A stretch of 64,000 nucleotides of DNA from Marsupella aquatica (Eukaryota > Plantae > Marchantiophyta): contig OZ316896.1 in NCBI GenBank assembly GCA_973895155.1, positions 6,900,232 to 6,964,231 on the forward strand, in the 5' to 3' direction. Both the position numbers and the translations under genes were made by a program. This document shows, one piece after another, positions 23,520 to 37,379 of the stretch. Position 1 is the stretch's first letter; the number at the start of each line of letters is the position of its first letter. Below the pieces are notes generated by a model. That model did not search any database. It saw only the letters and a list, made by a program, of their open reading frames with translations, and was not told where the DNA came from.

Positions 23520-24623
23520 CACTAGTACAAAATAGGGTTCTAAAAGACTGCAACAAAGACTAAAAACCCAGTCATTTTTACCAAGTAATGACTGGTCCAA
23601 AACAGTCTTTCCGGTCGAGTACTAACGGAAATTTTAGTCACAGTCATTCGTGACAAATGACTAAAACTACTTTGGTCATTTAAAGCGTTGCATAAATGAC
23701 AGAAAGTCCATAATGACTACAAATCCAAAATGACTAGTTAGACGGCCGTCAGTCATTTAGAGACGTCTTAAATGACGCAACATTAACTAATAGTATCACA
23801 ACACGTGGCGTCAAAATGTTCATCGATGTGACTATTTAACGAGTCATATAAGACAAGTCGTAAATGACATAAAATATAGAACAAATGAGAGTGCGCCACG
23901 TGGTGGATTGTGACCCTTTAAGTTAATGAATTTTAAGTCATTTTGGACATACGAAATGACAAAATGACATAAGAAATGACAGAATAACAGTGAATAACAA
24001 TGGGCCACGTGCAGTCATTAGGATATCCGAAATGACAAGCCATTTGACCAAACGTTGGCAAATGCTAATTTGACACATGGAGTCATTTTAGACATATTTG
24101 AGTAACTATCTAAATGACAAAGACATAGATAAAGACAATATTACACGTGTAGTCATATGGGTAGTCAATTGTATTGTCATTTTGGTAGCCAATTATAATG
24201 TCATTTTGGTAGTCCATTGCAAGTGTCATTTAAGGTGTCATTTCGATAATACATCCAAGGCGTCATAGAAGATATCATTTAGATTGTCACATTGGGTTTA
24301 GGGTTTAGGGACAAGAGACTCAAGAACAAGAGACTCGCATCCAAAAATGCTTTCGCAACAATTTGAGAAGGTCCTCTGAACAACAATGTCAACTCTATGA
24401 CCATGCCATCATACCAAGAGACTGTGCTACATTTCAGAATCATATGAATGAAATACAAAAATACTTACTATATATTGCCTTTAGTGGACAAGTACACAAA
24501 AAACACCTCACTGTTCCACAGAAGTCTATAACTCTGCAAATAACATAGATGAAGATGTTCTTTTCATGTACACTTCAACAAAATTGAGACCAAAATTTCA
24601 AGAGAGCTGGCCTGATCTACAAT

Positions 24624-27600
24624 CTAATACTTTCGAAGGTATCTAGAATTCCATAAAGCATTCATCCCTTTCACATCCCCTAAACATATTTGCTTCTCCT
24701 CTGCATTTGGAATTGGCAAAGCCGCTTCAGGACAAAACACTTCCTTCACACTTACACGAATAAAAGGACTCTCAAACGAGGCACAATGAAACCGATCTTC
24801 TCCTGGCAGCCCTGTAACTTGAGCCAATGCAAGTACAGAGCGGTCCACAATGCTTCTTAACTCAACAGCATCTCCTCGCATAAACTGTTAATGTCAACCA
24901 CACTTCAATTAGTATTTACTGATACAAAACAGATAGAGAGACAACACAACTGAAACTTACTATGCAAAAAAATAATACAATTTCATTACCTTTGCCGTTG
25001 GGTTTGGAGAGACTACTGGTACACGATGTACACTAGGCGAGACAGGAACAAAACTTGATTTCTTGGACTTCTTTGATTTCTTCAGTGGTGTTGCATGTTC
25101 CTTAGCCACTACATCTGTGGTTTCTTTCTCAACATCATCTTGCTCCTGCAGGACAGTAATTGGGTTTTCTCGTTGTTCTTGTACAAGAGATGGCTCTTTC
25201 ATTGTTATCACGTCAACATTTGTTCCTTGCAAATCATGATTCTCTCCTGAAGAAATGGTCTTTGCTCCCTGCGATACAGGATTCTCTCCTGAAGAAGCTA
25301 TGACAATCCAAAACAACCATTGCTTAGAAAATTGAACTGTAAGAAGAGACCATATTCTGTGCAAGAGATTGGATTTTGTGCAAGTCTAAATGGGCCAAGT
25401 TATCAAGTACTTACCAGGGCACTCACCAGAGAAAGTCAAAGACCGTTTTCTGCTACTGCCTTTTGGTTCAATAGCAACCTTACTACCACTTGGCAATGAT
25501 GTAGGTACATCATTGGATTGGCTTATCTGCCATTGTTGTTGATGCTGTACAATGAAGTTAGTCATCAATGATGTCAAACTCTCCAAACTCTGCTCTATTT
25601 TACATATTCGTTGTGGATTAACAGGAGCAGTATCCCTTGAAAGTGGAGTCTGCATTCACAAACAGACAAGTTAGTTTTGTGAGTCTGTTGGAAAACAACT
25701 AGAGTCCGACAATTTGATAGTACTGGGCACAAACTACCATAGTCCAACAACTTAGATATTCAGACATGAATGGGTTTAGGGTTACATACTGCTGATCCAT
25801 GTGCTGATCCAGGTGCGGATCCAAGCCCAACAAAACTACCAGGTTGTTCGGCGCTTGCCACACATGGGCTGACAACCACCTTCGGAGCTGAACAAACAGG
25901 AATAGGGGCCTTCACCTCTGTTATACCTGGACTTGCCCCTCTTTGCCGCTTCTGGAAAGAGACAATCAAATACAATCCAAGATAAATGTCAATGAAAGCT
26001 AACATCATGGACTATTCTAGCAAACAGAATATGAGATTCTAGTGGACAACTATAGCAAATAGTAAAATCATGGAATGTTCTTACCAATCGTTTGGCTGCT
26101 GCATTAGCACCTCCCCTGCCAAAATGCTCCATGTTTACCACTTCTGCTCTCCTTGCCTTCATGACAGCGCTCTTTGCAATCAATGCTGGACTTGTGAAAT
26201 GATCCACTAGTCTTGCCCACTTCTGTGGATCCAAATATGAGGGTCCAGGTTTGGAACGATCAGCACCACATACCTTCCTCCAATAAGTATGCAACTTGTG
26301 ATGTTCTCGCTTCAGTAACGTACGGCAGTGACTGCTAAATTTCTTGTCACTTATTTTCCCTCCACCAATGTACTCCCAATCAGCATTCATCAATCCCCAC
26401 ACGTCTTCAACAGTCTTTGGAGATTGTCGGTTCCAATCTGGCACGGAAATGTCAAAACATCTAAGCACAGCGGTACGCAGGTCTTCCATCCAGTACTGTT
26501 TATTTGGATGAGAATCGTCAATATCATTGTCAAAAACCTGCAAAAACCACCATGATCGATCAATTTCTACACATGAACAAGCACCACAGTTACTGTGTAA
26601 ATAAAATTGTACACCTTGTAATTTGTAGGGCACAAAAGGACAAAGCTCAACTGACAGTAGATCTGTGGAGTAATTCAAGTCTTACCGCTATTTCTTTGCC
26701 CTTCAGGTTTTGAGACTTCCTCTGTTGATAAGTAGCATCAAATTTCCTCTTGGCCTGCCTAGACTGCCTACGCTGCTGGGATGGATTGTTGGTGTTCTCT
26801 ACATTGCAGCTTGCAAAATTAGATCTCATAATTGTGTAATACACAAAGAAAACTGAACCTTCACAAGTCATGAATGACTTTGACATACCTGAACGTTGAG
26901 TAGAGCTCACTACTCCAGACTGTCCTGATTTTCCGAGGGATGCTGATGGAACCACTAAAAGTCACACCAACCACTCAGGTCATGAGTCTTATTGTTGACA
27001 TAAATCAACATTATTTCACAGAATTTTGAAATTTTGAGGAAATAAAAAATCACAATGCATTGGAAAGCGTTTAGGGTTTCTCACTTTGCCATAGCTCGCC
27101 AGTGGCAGGGTCTCTCCAACATTGCACCATTCCATTCATTGTAGGCCCTACCCTGCTGGGGGCAGGTTGTTTCTCTGCAGACTTATTCTGTGGTTCCTTT
27201 TGTACCTCCTGGCCAAGTAACACACAATGTCTTGTAACTTGATGACATTACTGTTCAACATACATGTTACTCCCTTCAAGGGTATTGAAATAAAACAAGA
27301 TTACCTTGGACAAATTATCTGGTCCATCATCTGCTGTGTACTCAGCCTCAGTGTCGTATTCTGATCCAGAGCCCTCCTCACCAGACTCTTCCATGTTCAC
27401 TGTCGCAAGCTTTGATAATCTAGAGCTCTGCCTTCTCTGTGTGGTTATCTGAGTTGTAGTAGATGCTCGATGTGCACAACTTCTCTTTTTGGGCCCTACC
27501 TGTGCTGCACTCTTTCTAACAAACCAAACATTAATAGATCAACACCATAAGAGAGAACATGTGTTCAGCATGGAAGAAACTGATTTGACACAAGAGCAAA

Positions 27601-27745
27601 GACTGTAATTCAATCCGATTGCAACAGGACAAGTTCATACACACATGAAAAGGCTTGGACTGTCACCAAGTAGCTCTGCCAATTTCTTGTTGATTTCTGC
27701 TATGTTCCTATTTCGTTCCTCCTCATATGGAACGGTAGGCTGCAT
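24624..27745 (-). CDS. TnpA-like spliced gene of CACTA copy A (exon boundaries approximate)
   Basis: Ptta/En/Spm-like segment (WARLVDHF...ARRAEV...HFGRGG, 25989-26678) and C-terminal Tnp1/En/Spm-like segment (VSVKEVFCPEAALPIP...LGDVKGMNALW); many GT-AG introns. Confidence 0.65.
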
Positions 27746-27831
27746 TCACAAACTGGAGCATCCATGGATAAAACTTTAGTCTAAATTAAATAAACCAAAC
27801 ATACCCTGATTGTAACTAAGCTACAACCTGA

Positions 27832-30800
27832 TTACTTCTTTTTATACTTCCTTTTTCCTTTGTCGGTAGTACTTGGGCCAGGCTGCGATCTACTGGTACA
27901 GGCTTCTGCTAGCTGTATGTGATACTTGGCATTGTTTTCCATAGTATCATGAAAATCAACTTCCATATATTCACCGACCACCCTTGTAGACCTGGATTCT
28001 TTGTGGAGGACTGTCCTCCATGCAATCCCCTTCTCATTCGGGTAAAAGAACACTTGCTCTAACTGCCGTGGGAATACATAGTCCATTCTTTTGGAAGCAC
28101 CAAGCTCCTTCTGAAAATTCACCTGCCAAAGGCCAGACTCTGAATACCTCATACTTGCAGAGGCTTTAGGAGTCCAAGATGGGTTTGCCCATCGCCCTTT
28201 GAAAAGGACCACTTCCTTTCTCAATCCCCCATAGTTTAGTACTAATATGTCTGTCAACACTCCCACATACTGCACTAACTCATCTATTGTTGCACCTGCT
28301 CTATTCACTCACTTCTCAGTGAATGTAGAAGCCATCCCAGAATCAAATGTCTTGAACCCAGAAGAGTCACAGTCAATCAAAGAGCCAAGTGATGGAACGG
28401 TTCTCCAATGATGCCCGTAGGCTCTGCAGGCCTTATATTGCAACACCTTCAAACTAGGTGGTACACTGTACCCTGTCAGCATAGATCTTTGAACCTCATC
28501 CTCAAAATGGTGGGACCTAATTGAAGCTTCAAACCATTCTGTGAAAGGAGGTAACTCTCTCAAATCAGAGGGATACTGTACAGGACGCTTTCGATTCCCT
28601 AGATTCTTCATCCATTCTTTCCTGATTTCTGCTCTGCGCTTGGTGATGACCTCATTGGCATCATCATAAATCCTACATGCATGGCAACAATTACCAATGT
28701 CAACTTCTAGTCCCACACAAACAACAAAACATTTTAGACTATTGACTGTCAATTAATAATCATAATGATAATCAACATGCCTCAATGGACCAAGCTCATA
28801 CCTGTACCATGGTTTCACTTGCTCTTCATTCTCCAGTATGCAATGATGCATAGCTATCATTTCACTCCATTGCATGGTTCTCTCTTTTGCAGCTCCTTCC
28901 AAGACAATGCCTGCAACACCAGGATCCTCCTCCAAGTCCCATGTTCTCTTTCCTGTCCCTTTAGCATCTATCATGTACTCAGAAAGGAATCCTATGGATT
29001 CATCTAGAATGTAGCCTTCAGCCATGGAAGCCTCTGGACGTGCCTTGTTTCGAACAAAACCTTTCAAGGTCTTCAGATGCCTTTCTATTGGATACATCCA
29101 TCTAATGTTCACTGGGCCACACAGGTCTAGTTCCTCCACTACATGAATCATCAAGTGGGTCATCACATCAAAGAAACTTGGTGGGAAGTGAATTTCCATA
29201 ATGCAAAGTGTGAATGCAACATCCATCATCAGGTCATTGTACTGTGAAGGATCCCAAACCTTGGCACAGATGTTACGCCACACATTGCTCACCCTAGCAA
29301 TGGCCAAGCGAACACCTTCATCAAGTAATCCCATAGTTGCCAACGGGATAATTTGTTGCATGAGGTGATGGAAATCATGAGATTTCAACCCAGATAACTT
29401 CTTCTTGACTGTAACACACCTAGCCAGAGAACTAGCAAAACCAGTGGGCCCTTTGAAGGTCAACAATACCTCCAAGAACTTTGTCTTCTCACTCTTACTC
29501 AAGCAATATGGGGCTGGTGGCATGACCTTAGGACCTTTTGGATCCTTATTCGGTACAAGCCACAGGTGTTCTCGCACTTGCAGGTCTTTCATGTCCTCTC
29601 GAACAGCAGGAGTATCCTTAGTTCCCAGGATAGTATGTACAATGTTGTGGGCAAGATTCTTCTCACAGTGCATTGGATCAAGACAATGGTTGATGAGAAG
29701 TTGCTGCATTAGACAGTGCAATACAAAGTGAGTTAGAATCAAGAATGCAGAACTTTACTGCATAGGAGTACACAAACTAAGTGGATTGGACAATTAGGAA
29801 CCAGATACTTACACTCCAGTAAGGCAACTTGTATAATCCAGTAGCCCTCTTCACTCCATGCGTCGTTATTGGAGAATCATCATCATCAAATTTATTCCCT
29901 GCTTTCTTTTTCACATACGCAGTTGTCTCCTCTCCCCAATGTAGCCTGTCAGAGCTGGACATTCTACATGGTGCAGGTTCTGCCTCAACCTCCCCATCAA
30001 AGTATTTTGCCACTTCTTGACTGCGAAAAGGATGCCTAGGTGGTAACCATCGACGATGGCCAGCAAACAGTAACTTTTTCAAGTGTGAAGAACCTTGTGC
30101 CATGCATTTTGGCCCACAAACAACACATCCTCTATACCCTGCATGTTGTTGGCCAGAAACTAAACCATATGCAGGGTAATCATTGATTGTCCACAATACC
30201 GAAGCCCTTAGCTTGAATTGTTGAGGCAATCCAGGCCTTGGTAGAACATCAAAACAATCCACTCCTTCTTTCCATAGTGTCACAAGCTCATCCACAACTA
30301 GAGCCATGTATATATCAAACTGCTCCTCAGTTACTGACTCAGGGCCCGGAATTAGAAGAGCCAGCATGACAAAGAATTTTTTTGTGGTAAGCCAAGGAGG
30401 GATATTATAATTCAGCAGCAAGATTGGCCAGGTAGACCAAGCAGTGGAATTATTCCCAAATGGATTTACCCCATCAAGTGCCAATCCCATTCGGACATTC
30501 CTTGGCTCAGCAGCAAAACCAGGGTCGATCTCTGTATCCACATGTTTCCATGCCTTTGAATCTGCTGGATGCCGGACCATGTTGTCCTTGCTCTTGTTCT
30601 CATGATGCCAAGTCATGAGTTTAGAAGTCCCTTTCGTGGCATACAATCTCTTCAATCGAGGGATTATAGGGAAATATCTCAACACCTTCACAGGCTGTTT
30701 TGAATTCCCCACTAACTTCATCTTTGGCTGGCCACACTTGGAACAATTTTCCAAGTGCACAGTGTCACCTCTAAATAACATACATCCATTTTCACATACT

Positions 30801-31687
30801 GGGATTCTCTCATAATCTAAACCTAGTTTCCGCAGTAATTGTTTCGCAGCATATAGGTTCTTAGGGAGAGTGTGCTCTGTTGGCATTCCATGCTCAGTCA
30901 ACAAAGACAGCATGGCATTCACTCCCGTGTTTGAGAAACGATTGTTGTGACAAATGTTCAAGAACAACAACATAAAAGAAACTACATCTATCTTACTCCC
31001 TGGATATAAAGGTCGCATGGCCTCTTCTAAAGACCCTTGGACAGGCACAGGGTCTATTGGAGGTCCTGAGAGATTTGTGCCCTCATGATTGGCCTCAGTA
31101 GAGGCTGTATCTGCCTCATTCTGCTCATTCTGATCGTTTTGATCATTCTCATCATTCTGAAACATTGAGTCTAAATCAAAAGGAGCTATGTTATCCACAA
31201 ATTCATCACTTTCTTCAGAAGCTCTAGCCATTGTCTCCTCAAGTAAAGCTCTGACCTGCTGTTCAACATCTATTGCAGGGTGGTCTGTGTGGGTTGCCTC
31301 AGGGCAATTTCCTGCCTTCAATGCCTCAGGGCAATTTCTAGCTTTCAATGCCTCAGGGCCATAGTGGCGTATATAATCAGTTCTCCACTCCTCATCAGAA
31401 GAGTCCTGACCCTCTCCTACCCAGACTCTACAAGCAGGGTAGCGACCATGCTTAACAAGATGTTGTCGAGTAGTCTTTCGAGTGGTCTTATAATTCCCTT
31501 TGCATCGCATGCAAGGGCAATACATTCTATGATCAGCACTACCAGCACAGGCTCTCTGTTCTCGGGCCCATAAATTATCATCTCGACGTTGGATTCGACT
31601 CGGATCGAAGGAAGGCACAGTTGGATGGTGAACTGCCTCTGTTGTATGTCCAGTGTTGCGTGACCCAGACTGGCTAGAAGAAGCCAT
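27832..31687 (-). pseudogene. Tnp2/TnpD transposase of CACTA copy A (3 exons), premature stop in last exon
   Basis: CPC..C, HPADSKAW, LALDGVNPF, INDYPAY, GHRRWLP, LDPMHCEKN, GLKSHD, WMYPIER, PEASMAEGY; TGA at 28309-28311 where copy B has CGA. Confidence 0.9.
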
Positions 31688-32777
31688 GATTGCAGCACTA
31701 CCTAATCAAATACACAATTGCACAGTTTCTTTCTTCTGTGTCATATTGCACAGCATATGAATTTGTTCTAGACCACTCCAAACCCTTCCATACTATCTTC
31801 TAGAGCATCATGTGAAGCAAATGTGTGCACAAGTGAAGGATACTGTACATACAATTGAGGTAGAGTACTCCAACTGACGTAAAGGCAGCCCCCACTTTAG
31901 CCTTCATTGACAATAGAATAGTACATGCATGCCAACAATAGGTAAACACTGAGCATATTAGATTGGAAATCATTTACTTGGGTACACAACCTACTCCTCA
32001 TAGAATATTGTAAGTGGTAATGGTTATTTGAAGGAGATTGGGAGAGAGGCAGAGCAATAAGCGAAATGCAGATGGAAATGCAAAGCAAGTGGCCAAGGGA
32101 TGGCAGGAGAAAAGCAATCTATTCTGTGAATGCGGACATTCCCGAATAATGAAGGGAAGCCATGGCAAGACACAAGCCACTAAATCAATTCAAGTGAACC
32201 ATCCACAGACTTGAGCAATGCACAGTAAAAATTTGACAGATGACCCATGCCACGGAAGCATATGGATTGTTCCTCAAAATTAAATGAGACTATGAGAGGA
32301 CATAAGTTCACGACCAGGAAAGACTCTCACCTTGCAGCAAGGAGATTCTCAAAGCTCACCCGCAGGTCCTTGTAGCTCCAATATCCACCTCAAATCAGAG
32401 AAACAATCTTTGATTTTGGAAAAGGAGTTTCTTGCACAACATTACACACAGTGAGCAAAGTATATCTCCTATGAAGAGCACAATCAATTTCTTTCATATT
32501 GTCAAAGACTGTTACAATTTGTTGTTGTTCCTACAAATAATGAGAACCTGCGTATTGATCTTGACGGACATCAATTCATTCCACTTCTTTAAATCTCACA
32601 AATATATTCCACCGATATTTTTTGCTCTGCAGAATGGTTCTGAGCTCATAAAATGATGGTAATGGTAATGTATTATAAGCTCCGGGACCATGAAAGTCAA
32701 AGGAGCTGCCACAAAAAGTAAAGTACAATGCAATCAAAGAAAAGAGCAACCAAAAGAGATTGCTCAGAAGAGGACAA

Positions 32778-35700
32778 CTATGTCCTCAAAGAAACTATGG
32801 ACCTAGAGAGCCCTATGGACCTAGAGAGCCCTGAAAGATTTTCCAAACCTATTCTCCTTTCCCTATCCACCGCAAAGATATATCTTCCAAGTTGTTGAGG
32901 GGGCAGACCAAATAATGCATACAAATCTTTCACCAAGATTTGAGATGCCATCCTAACCCCCTCATAAAACTTGCAAGCAATGAATACATGATATTCATTC
33001 TCTATACTAGAGCTATCACATAGTTGACAAACCCTCTTTTTCCTGTCAATATCCTTCCATCTCCCTTGTTCTACTTCAAGGTGGTGTGAGCTTAGTCTAT
33101 ACTGAGCAATAAGTTGTCTAAGTTGTACTGAGATAGTGCTAGATAAGTATTCTTGTTCTCGATATTTCTTCATGGGGTTCACATCTCTCATGTAGTATTG
33201 CTGCCGTGGGCTAGGTTCATGCCAAAGTTTGTGCAAAGCCTTTTGCTCAAGTTTTGCTCTTAGCTTGGTTGGGTGTGTTGGCCATTCATGTTCAGGAAAA
33301 TCCCAAGCATGGGCCCACCTGCACACATCTGCATACCACCCTTTAGCTGAAGATGAGCGCAAGGCATGAAAAGGAAATCTGTTTTCCTCCAACTCTCTTA
33401 CACGCATGATGTATTTGAGTGTGTGGAAGAGTGCCTCCACCTCCAAAGGAAACAAGCCTGCCTCTGCAAGTGTAAGTGCATATGGGGTTTGTGACTTGAT
33501 CCCAAGCTCCATCTCAAGAAATAGCTTTTGCAGCCCCTCAATCTGTTGCCACCCAGATTTAGACACACCTGCTCCCCAAATTGGTGCTCCATAAAGAATG
33601 ACTGGTTTCACCAAAGCTCCAAAGAGATGTTTCCTTAACCTCCAAGTGTGTAGACCAGCTCTTTTGCATTTGTTCATGAATGCATAAAAAGCTCTGTACC
33701 CATTGGCAGCCCTAGATTTTACACATGAGGCCCAACTCAAGTTTTGAGAGAACTCCACCCCAAGGTATTTGTAGGTCCTCACAAATTCCACCAGATTCCC
33801 TTGGAAGTAGAGCTCTGGATTTTGTCGTGTGCCAATGCCCAAACACTTGGTCTTCTTGAGGTTGACTACCATCCCTGTTGCTTGACAAAACTCCTCCAAG
33901 GCATTGAGATGTCTTTGCAAAGCTTCTTGAGCATGAGCAAGTAGGACCACATCATCTGCAAATATAAGAAGTTGGAGGACAAACCTACCCAATTGAGTGC
34001 CAACTCCACCATGCTCCTCCAAAATGTTGTGTAGCTGATCAATGAAGATGCCAAAGAGAGTTGGTGAGAGAGGACAACCTTGGATCACCCCAAGAGTGCT
34101 CCAGATTTCTTCAGAGGTTTCCTTTGAAAGTTTGATGCGCACTTCTTGGTACAATTTAGAAACAGCCAACCTGAGCTCTTCAGGCACTTCCAACTCCACC
34201 ATCCTATCCCAAAGCTTGGATCGGGAAACTTTGTCAAAGGCCTTGGAGAAGTCCACAAACAAGCAAAATAATGGTTTATGTGGAGATTTGGCCTTTTCAC
34301 ACAACACCCTCAAGCAGAGAATGTGATCCATAGTGCTGAATTCTCTCCTAAAACCTGCTTGTGAAGGTGCCCTTTTCATCTCACTCTCCAACCAAGAGCT
34401 TAATCTGGCTTCAAGTAGTCCTCCCAAAACTTTAGCAAAAGTATTGCCTACCATGATGGTTCTGTAGTTGTGCACATCGTCCTTGTTGCCTGCCTTGAAG
34501 ATAGGCACCACTCTTCTGGTCATCCAAGCTTTAGGTAAACCTAAAGCCATTGCTTGATTCAACTCATGCACCAAGTTTGTTAGTAAAGAGGGTCCTCCCC
34601 ACAAAAGAAGCTCCAAGTTCAGGCCCAACAGATCTTTAGCTTTCCCATGTTGCTTGTGGGAAAGATGCACCTTCACCTCCCTCTCTGTAAACTGAATGGT
34701 GTCCCCAAGGGGCAAAGGCATGCCACTAGCATCTGGAAAGAAATACAAGGATGTGACATAGGTTACCAGGTCCTGGTGATCCAAGGGGGGAGTAGTCTTG
34801 CCTGATTGCATTCTCTCCCAAAAACGTTTTGGATGTTTGATGAACTCCTCACATAGTGATTGTTGATGACTCTTCAAGAAGCACCTCTTCTTGTGTTTGA
34901 TGAAGTTCTTGTACATAGTGAATGCCAAAAGTCTCTTTTCCCCTGAATGTGATCTTGCTTGCATCCTTGCTCTAGCACAATCCTCGTCAAACCAAGCCTT
35001 CATGTTTTGCTTTCTAGGGGGTTTGGTGGAGAAAGTAGAGGCTGCTGCTTGTGCTATGACTTCTGAGAGCTCAATCTGATCATCCAGGGTATGGAGAAGA
35101 TGTTCAAAGTTGGCTTTGAAGATGACTTCTCTATCAGGGTCTAGAAACAGAGGTTTGGGTACTTTGTTTGGGATTGTGGTCAGGTCAAGATGGAACAACA
35201 AAGGCAAGTGTGAAGACTCTGGTTGTTGATCAAGTATTTGAAAGTCAACCACTCTAATGGCAAAGGTAGGTGAGGCAAGAAGGTAATCAATGGTACTACA
35301 TCCTTGTTTAGATCTAAAAGTGTAACCAGATGATTGGGGAAATCTCTCAAGCCCATTCAATATTCTTAGATTACAAGAAGCTCCCAAATGCAAAAAGTGA
35401 CGTGTCATGTCATTTGTTCCGGTGTCAAGAGCCTCTCTCACCCAAGGTATCTCTTCACTACATGATGACCAAGGTAAAGTTCCTAAGTCCTCACTTTCAG
35501 TAAATTGTTCATTAGATACCCTGGCATTAAAGTCCCCCACTATCCATGTCTCCTCTAGTGGTGATATATCATGAATGACTTGGATTAACCTATGAAATGG
35601 ATAATGTGCATCAGCAATTCCCATCTTATAGACATTCATATTAAGGGGAGCAAAGTAGGTGACAATCAGAAATGATGGAGTACCTCTGGTATGAAGTCTC

Positions 35701-35984
35701 ACCACCATGAACTGCTTGCTGGGATCTTCATGCTCAATAGAGGTGATGTGTTGAAGTTGATTCTTGGTGTAGACAGCAATGCCTCCAAACCCTCTTCCCC
35801 GTGTGGTCTTCTTCTCATTGAAGATGGATTGTATGCAAGTAAAGCCTTTAATGCTAGGTAGAGCATTTCCCTCATATTCCCAAGTCTCCGTGAAAAGCAA
35901 GATGTCAAAATTCTCAAACAGAGGTTCCCCTCCAATTGCTGTTTCTATGGAAAGTCCTGAAACATTCCATGCCATGACTCTCAA
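32778..35984 (-). CDS. LINE ORF2p (APE-RT-CCHC), copy 3
   Basis: 1068 aa, near-identical to copy 1 with a 15-bp in-frame deletion (HRKPV). Confidence 0.93.
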   Translation of the reverse strand: MRVMAWNVSGLSIETAIGGEPLFENFDILLFTETWEYEGNALPSIKGFTCIQSIFNEKKTTRGRGFGGIAVYTKNQLQHITSIEHEDPSKQFMVVRLHTRGTPSFLIVTYFAPLNMNVYKMGIADAHYPFHRLIQVIHDISPLEETWIVGDFNARVSNEQFTESEDLGTLPWSSCSEEIPWVREALDTGTNDMTRHFLHLGASCNLRILNGLERFPQSSGYTFRSKQGCSTIDYLLASPTFAIRVVDFQILDQQPESSHLPLLFHLDLTTIPNKVPKPLFLDPDREVIFKANFEHLLHTLDDQIELSEVIAQAAASTFSTKPPRKQNMKAWFDEDCARARMQARSHSGEKRLLAFTMYKNFIKHKKRCFLKSHQQSLCEEFIKHPKRFWERMQSGKTTPPLDHQDLVTYVTSLYFFPDASGMPLPLGDTIQFTEREVKVHLSHKQHGKAKDLLGLNLELLLWGGPSLLTNLVHELNQAMALGLPKAWMTRRVVPIFKAGNKDDVHNYRTIMVGNTFAKVLGGLLEARLSSWLESEMKRAPSQAGFRREFSTMDHILCLRVLCEKAKSPHKPLFCLFVDFSKAFDKVSRSKLWDRMVELEVPEELRLAVSKLYQEVRIKLSKETSEEIWSTLGVIQGCPLSPTLFGIFIDQLHNILEEHGGVGTQLGRFVLQLLIFADDVVLLAHAQEALQRHLNALEEFCQATGMVVNLKKTKCLGIGTRQNPELYFQGNLVEFVRTYKYLGVEFSQNLSWASCVKSRAANGYRAFYAFMNKCKRAGLHTWRLRKHLFGALVKPVILYGAPIWGAGVSKSGWQQIEGLQKLFLEMELGIKSQTPYALTLAEAGLFPLEVEALFHTLKYIMRVRELEENRFPFHALRSSSAKGWYADVCRWAHAWDFPEHEWPTHPTKLRAKLEQKALHKLWHEPSPRQQYYMRDVNPMKKYREQEYLSSTISVQLRQLIAQYRLSSHHLEVEQGRWKDIDRKKRVCQLCDSSSIENEYHVFIACKFYEGVRMASQILVKDLYALFGLPPQQLGRYIFAVDRERRIGLENLSGLSRSIGLSRSIVSLRT

Positions 35985-35996
35985 GGTCCCGATCCA

Positions 35997-36767
35997 TCAT
36001 TTAGAAACAACTCTCTTCTTATTGGTAACAACAGCTTGTCCATTGCGCAAGTAGGCTACCAATCCTTGGTCTTTGGCTACCCTCACCTTCTCAAGCTCAA
36101 TTTTCCTTGCTTGGACTTGTGTGGGAGTCAGATCATCATCCAACCAAATCCTTAGCCCTTTAAGCATGCTCCTGTTAGCCATCCCTCTAGCTTTCTCGGA
36201 TTCAGCTGCAAACTTCACCAAGATTGGACGTGGAAGGTCCCCCTTCTTTTGCCCAATCCTATATGCTTGCAAAATGATAGGGTCATGCACTTTCATCTGA
36301 GATTGGAAGAATGAAATTGCTACCTTCTTGGTGTCTTCCTTCTCCTCCTCAACAAGGCCTGATATTTTGCAGTTGCTGACTCTTGCATGCTGGTTCTTGT
36401 GTTCTTCCTCTAGTGCTCTCCTCTCCTCCTCCTTGGCTTGGACAAATTCCATATGTGATTGTTTTGCAGCCTGTGCAAAGGTTTTGAGCTTCTCCTCAAT
36501 CTCCCCTACAGCCTCATGTATCACTGATTTCTCTGGGCACATACTCTTCTCCATGTCTCCAAAACACGATGCAAGCAATGAGAGTTGCTTACCATTCTCC
36601 TGAGTTTGAGATCAAAGATCACTAATCAACCTCTTTTGCTTGACATTCTCATTCTTTAGCTCCGTCACCTCCTTGCTGAGTGTGGTAATCTCAATTGCGG
36701 AGTTTTCAGCCACAACTAAGATTTTCTCAAGCAAAGCCTTGAGATGGGCAATCTCCTCCGTTGCCAT
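35997..36767 (-). pseudogene. LINE ORF1 copy 3 with premature stop
   Basis: TGA at 36612-36614 where copy 1 has CGA. Confidence 0.88.
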
Positions 36768-36832
36768 CACAAAGCTGAAACTGTTGTTAGAATGCACTCT
36801 TAGACGACAAATAGAAATTGGGAGTAGTAGAG

Positions 36833-37366
36833 GATGTCAGCTGCAGCTCTACCTTTGCCAATGATACACTCTCGCTATTTGCAACACTCTGCCAAAATCT
36901 GAGCTCAAACTGCAGCCGATTGCCCTTCCAACTCGAAGTGAAATTTCGCTCCAAGCTCAGAATCCCGAAACTGGACACGTAGCAGATCGTGCATGCTAAA
37001 GTGCATACCAAACGATGTCGGTTGCAGCTCTACCTTTGCCAGTGATACACTCTCGCTGTTTGCAACACTCTGCCAAAATCTGAGCTCAAACGGCAGCCGA
37101 TTGCCCTTCCAACTCGAAGTGAAATTTCGCTCCAAGCTCAGAATCCCGAAACTGGAGACGTAGCAGATTGCGCATGCTAAAGTGCATACCAAACGATGTC
37201 GGTTGCAGCTCTAACTTTGCCAGTGATACATTCTCGTTGTTTCCAATGCTCTGGCAAAGTCCGAGCTTAAACCGCAGCCGATTGCCCTTCCAACTCGAAG
37301 TGAAATTTTGCCCCGAGCTCAGAATCGCGAAACTGGAGATGTAGCAGATCGCGCATGCTAAAGTGC
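36833..37366 (-). repeat. 181-bp LINE 5' monomers (about 3 units)
   Basis: Same unit and period as 11895-12597. Confidence 0.9.
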
Positions 37367-37379
37367 CAGAGATTATTTT

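Larger units (their letters stand above)
23520..32658 (-). mobile_element. CACTA/EnSpm DNA transposon copy A, 5'-truncated by LINE copy 3
   Basis: TIR CACTAGTACAAAATAGGG at 23520, AAATGAC/GTCATTT subterminal repeats; colinear reverse complement of 53188-62326 (paired positions sum to 85846). Confidence 0.95.
32656..37366 (-). mobile_element. LINE copy 3 (ORF1 nonsense mutation, ORF2 open)
   Basis: Tail (ATGGTA)2ATG at 32656-32670; about 3 monomers at 36833-37366; no TSD. Confidence 0.93.
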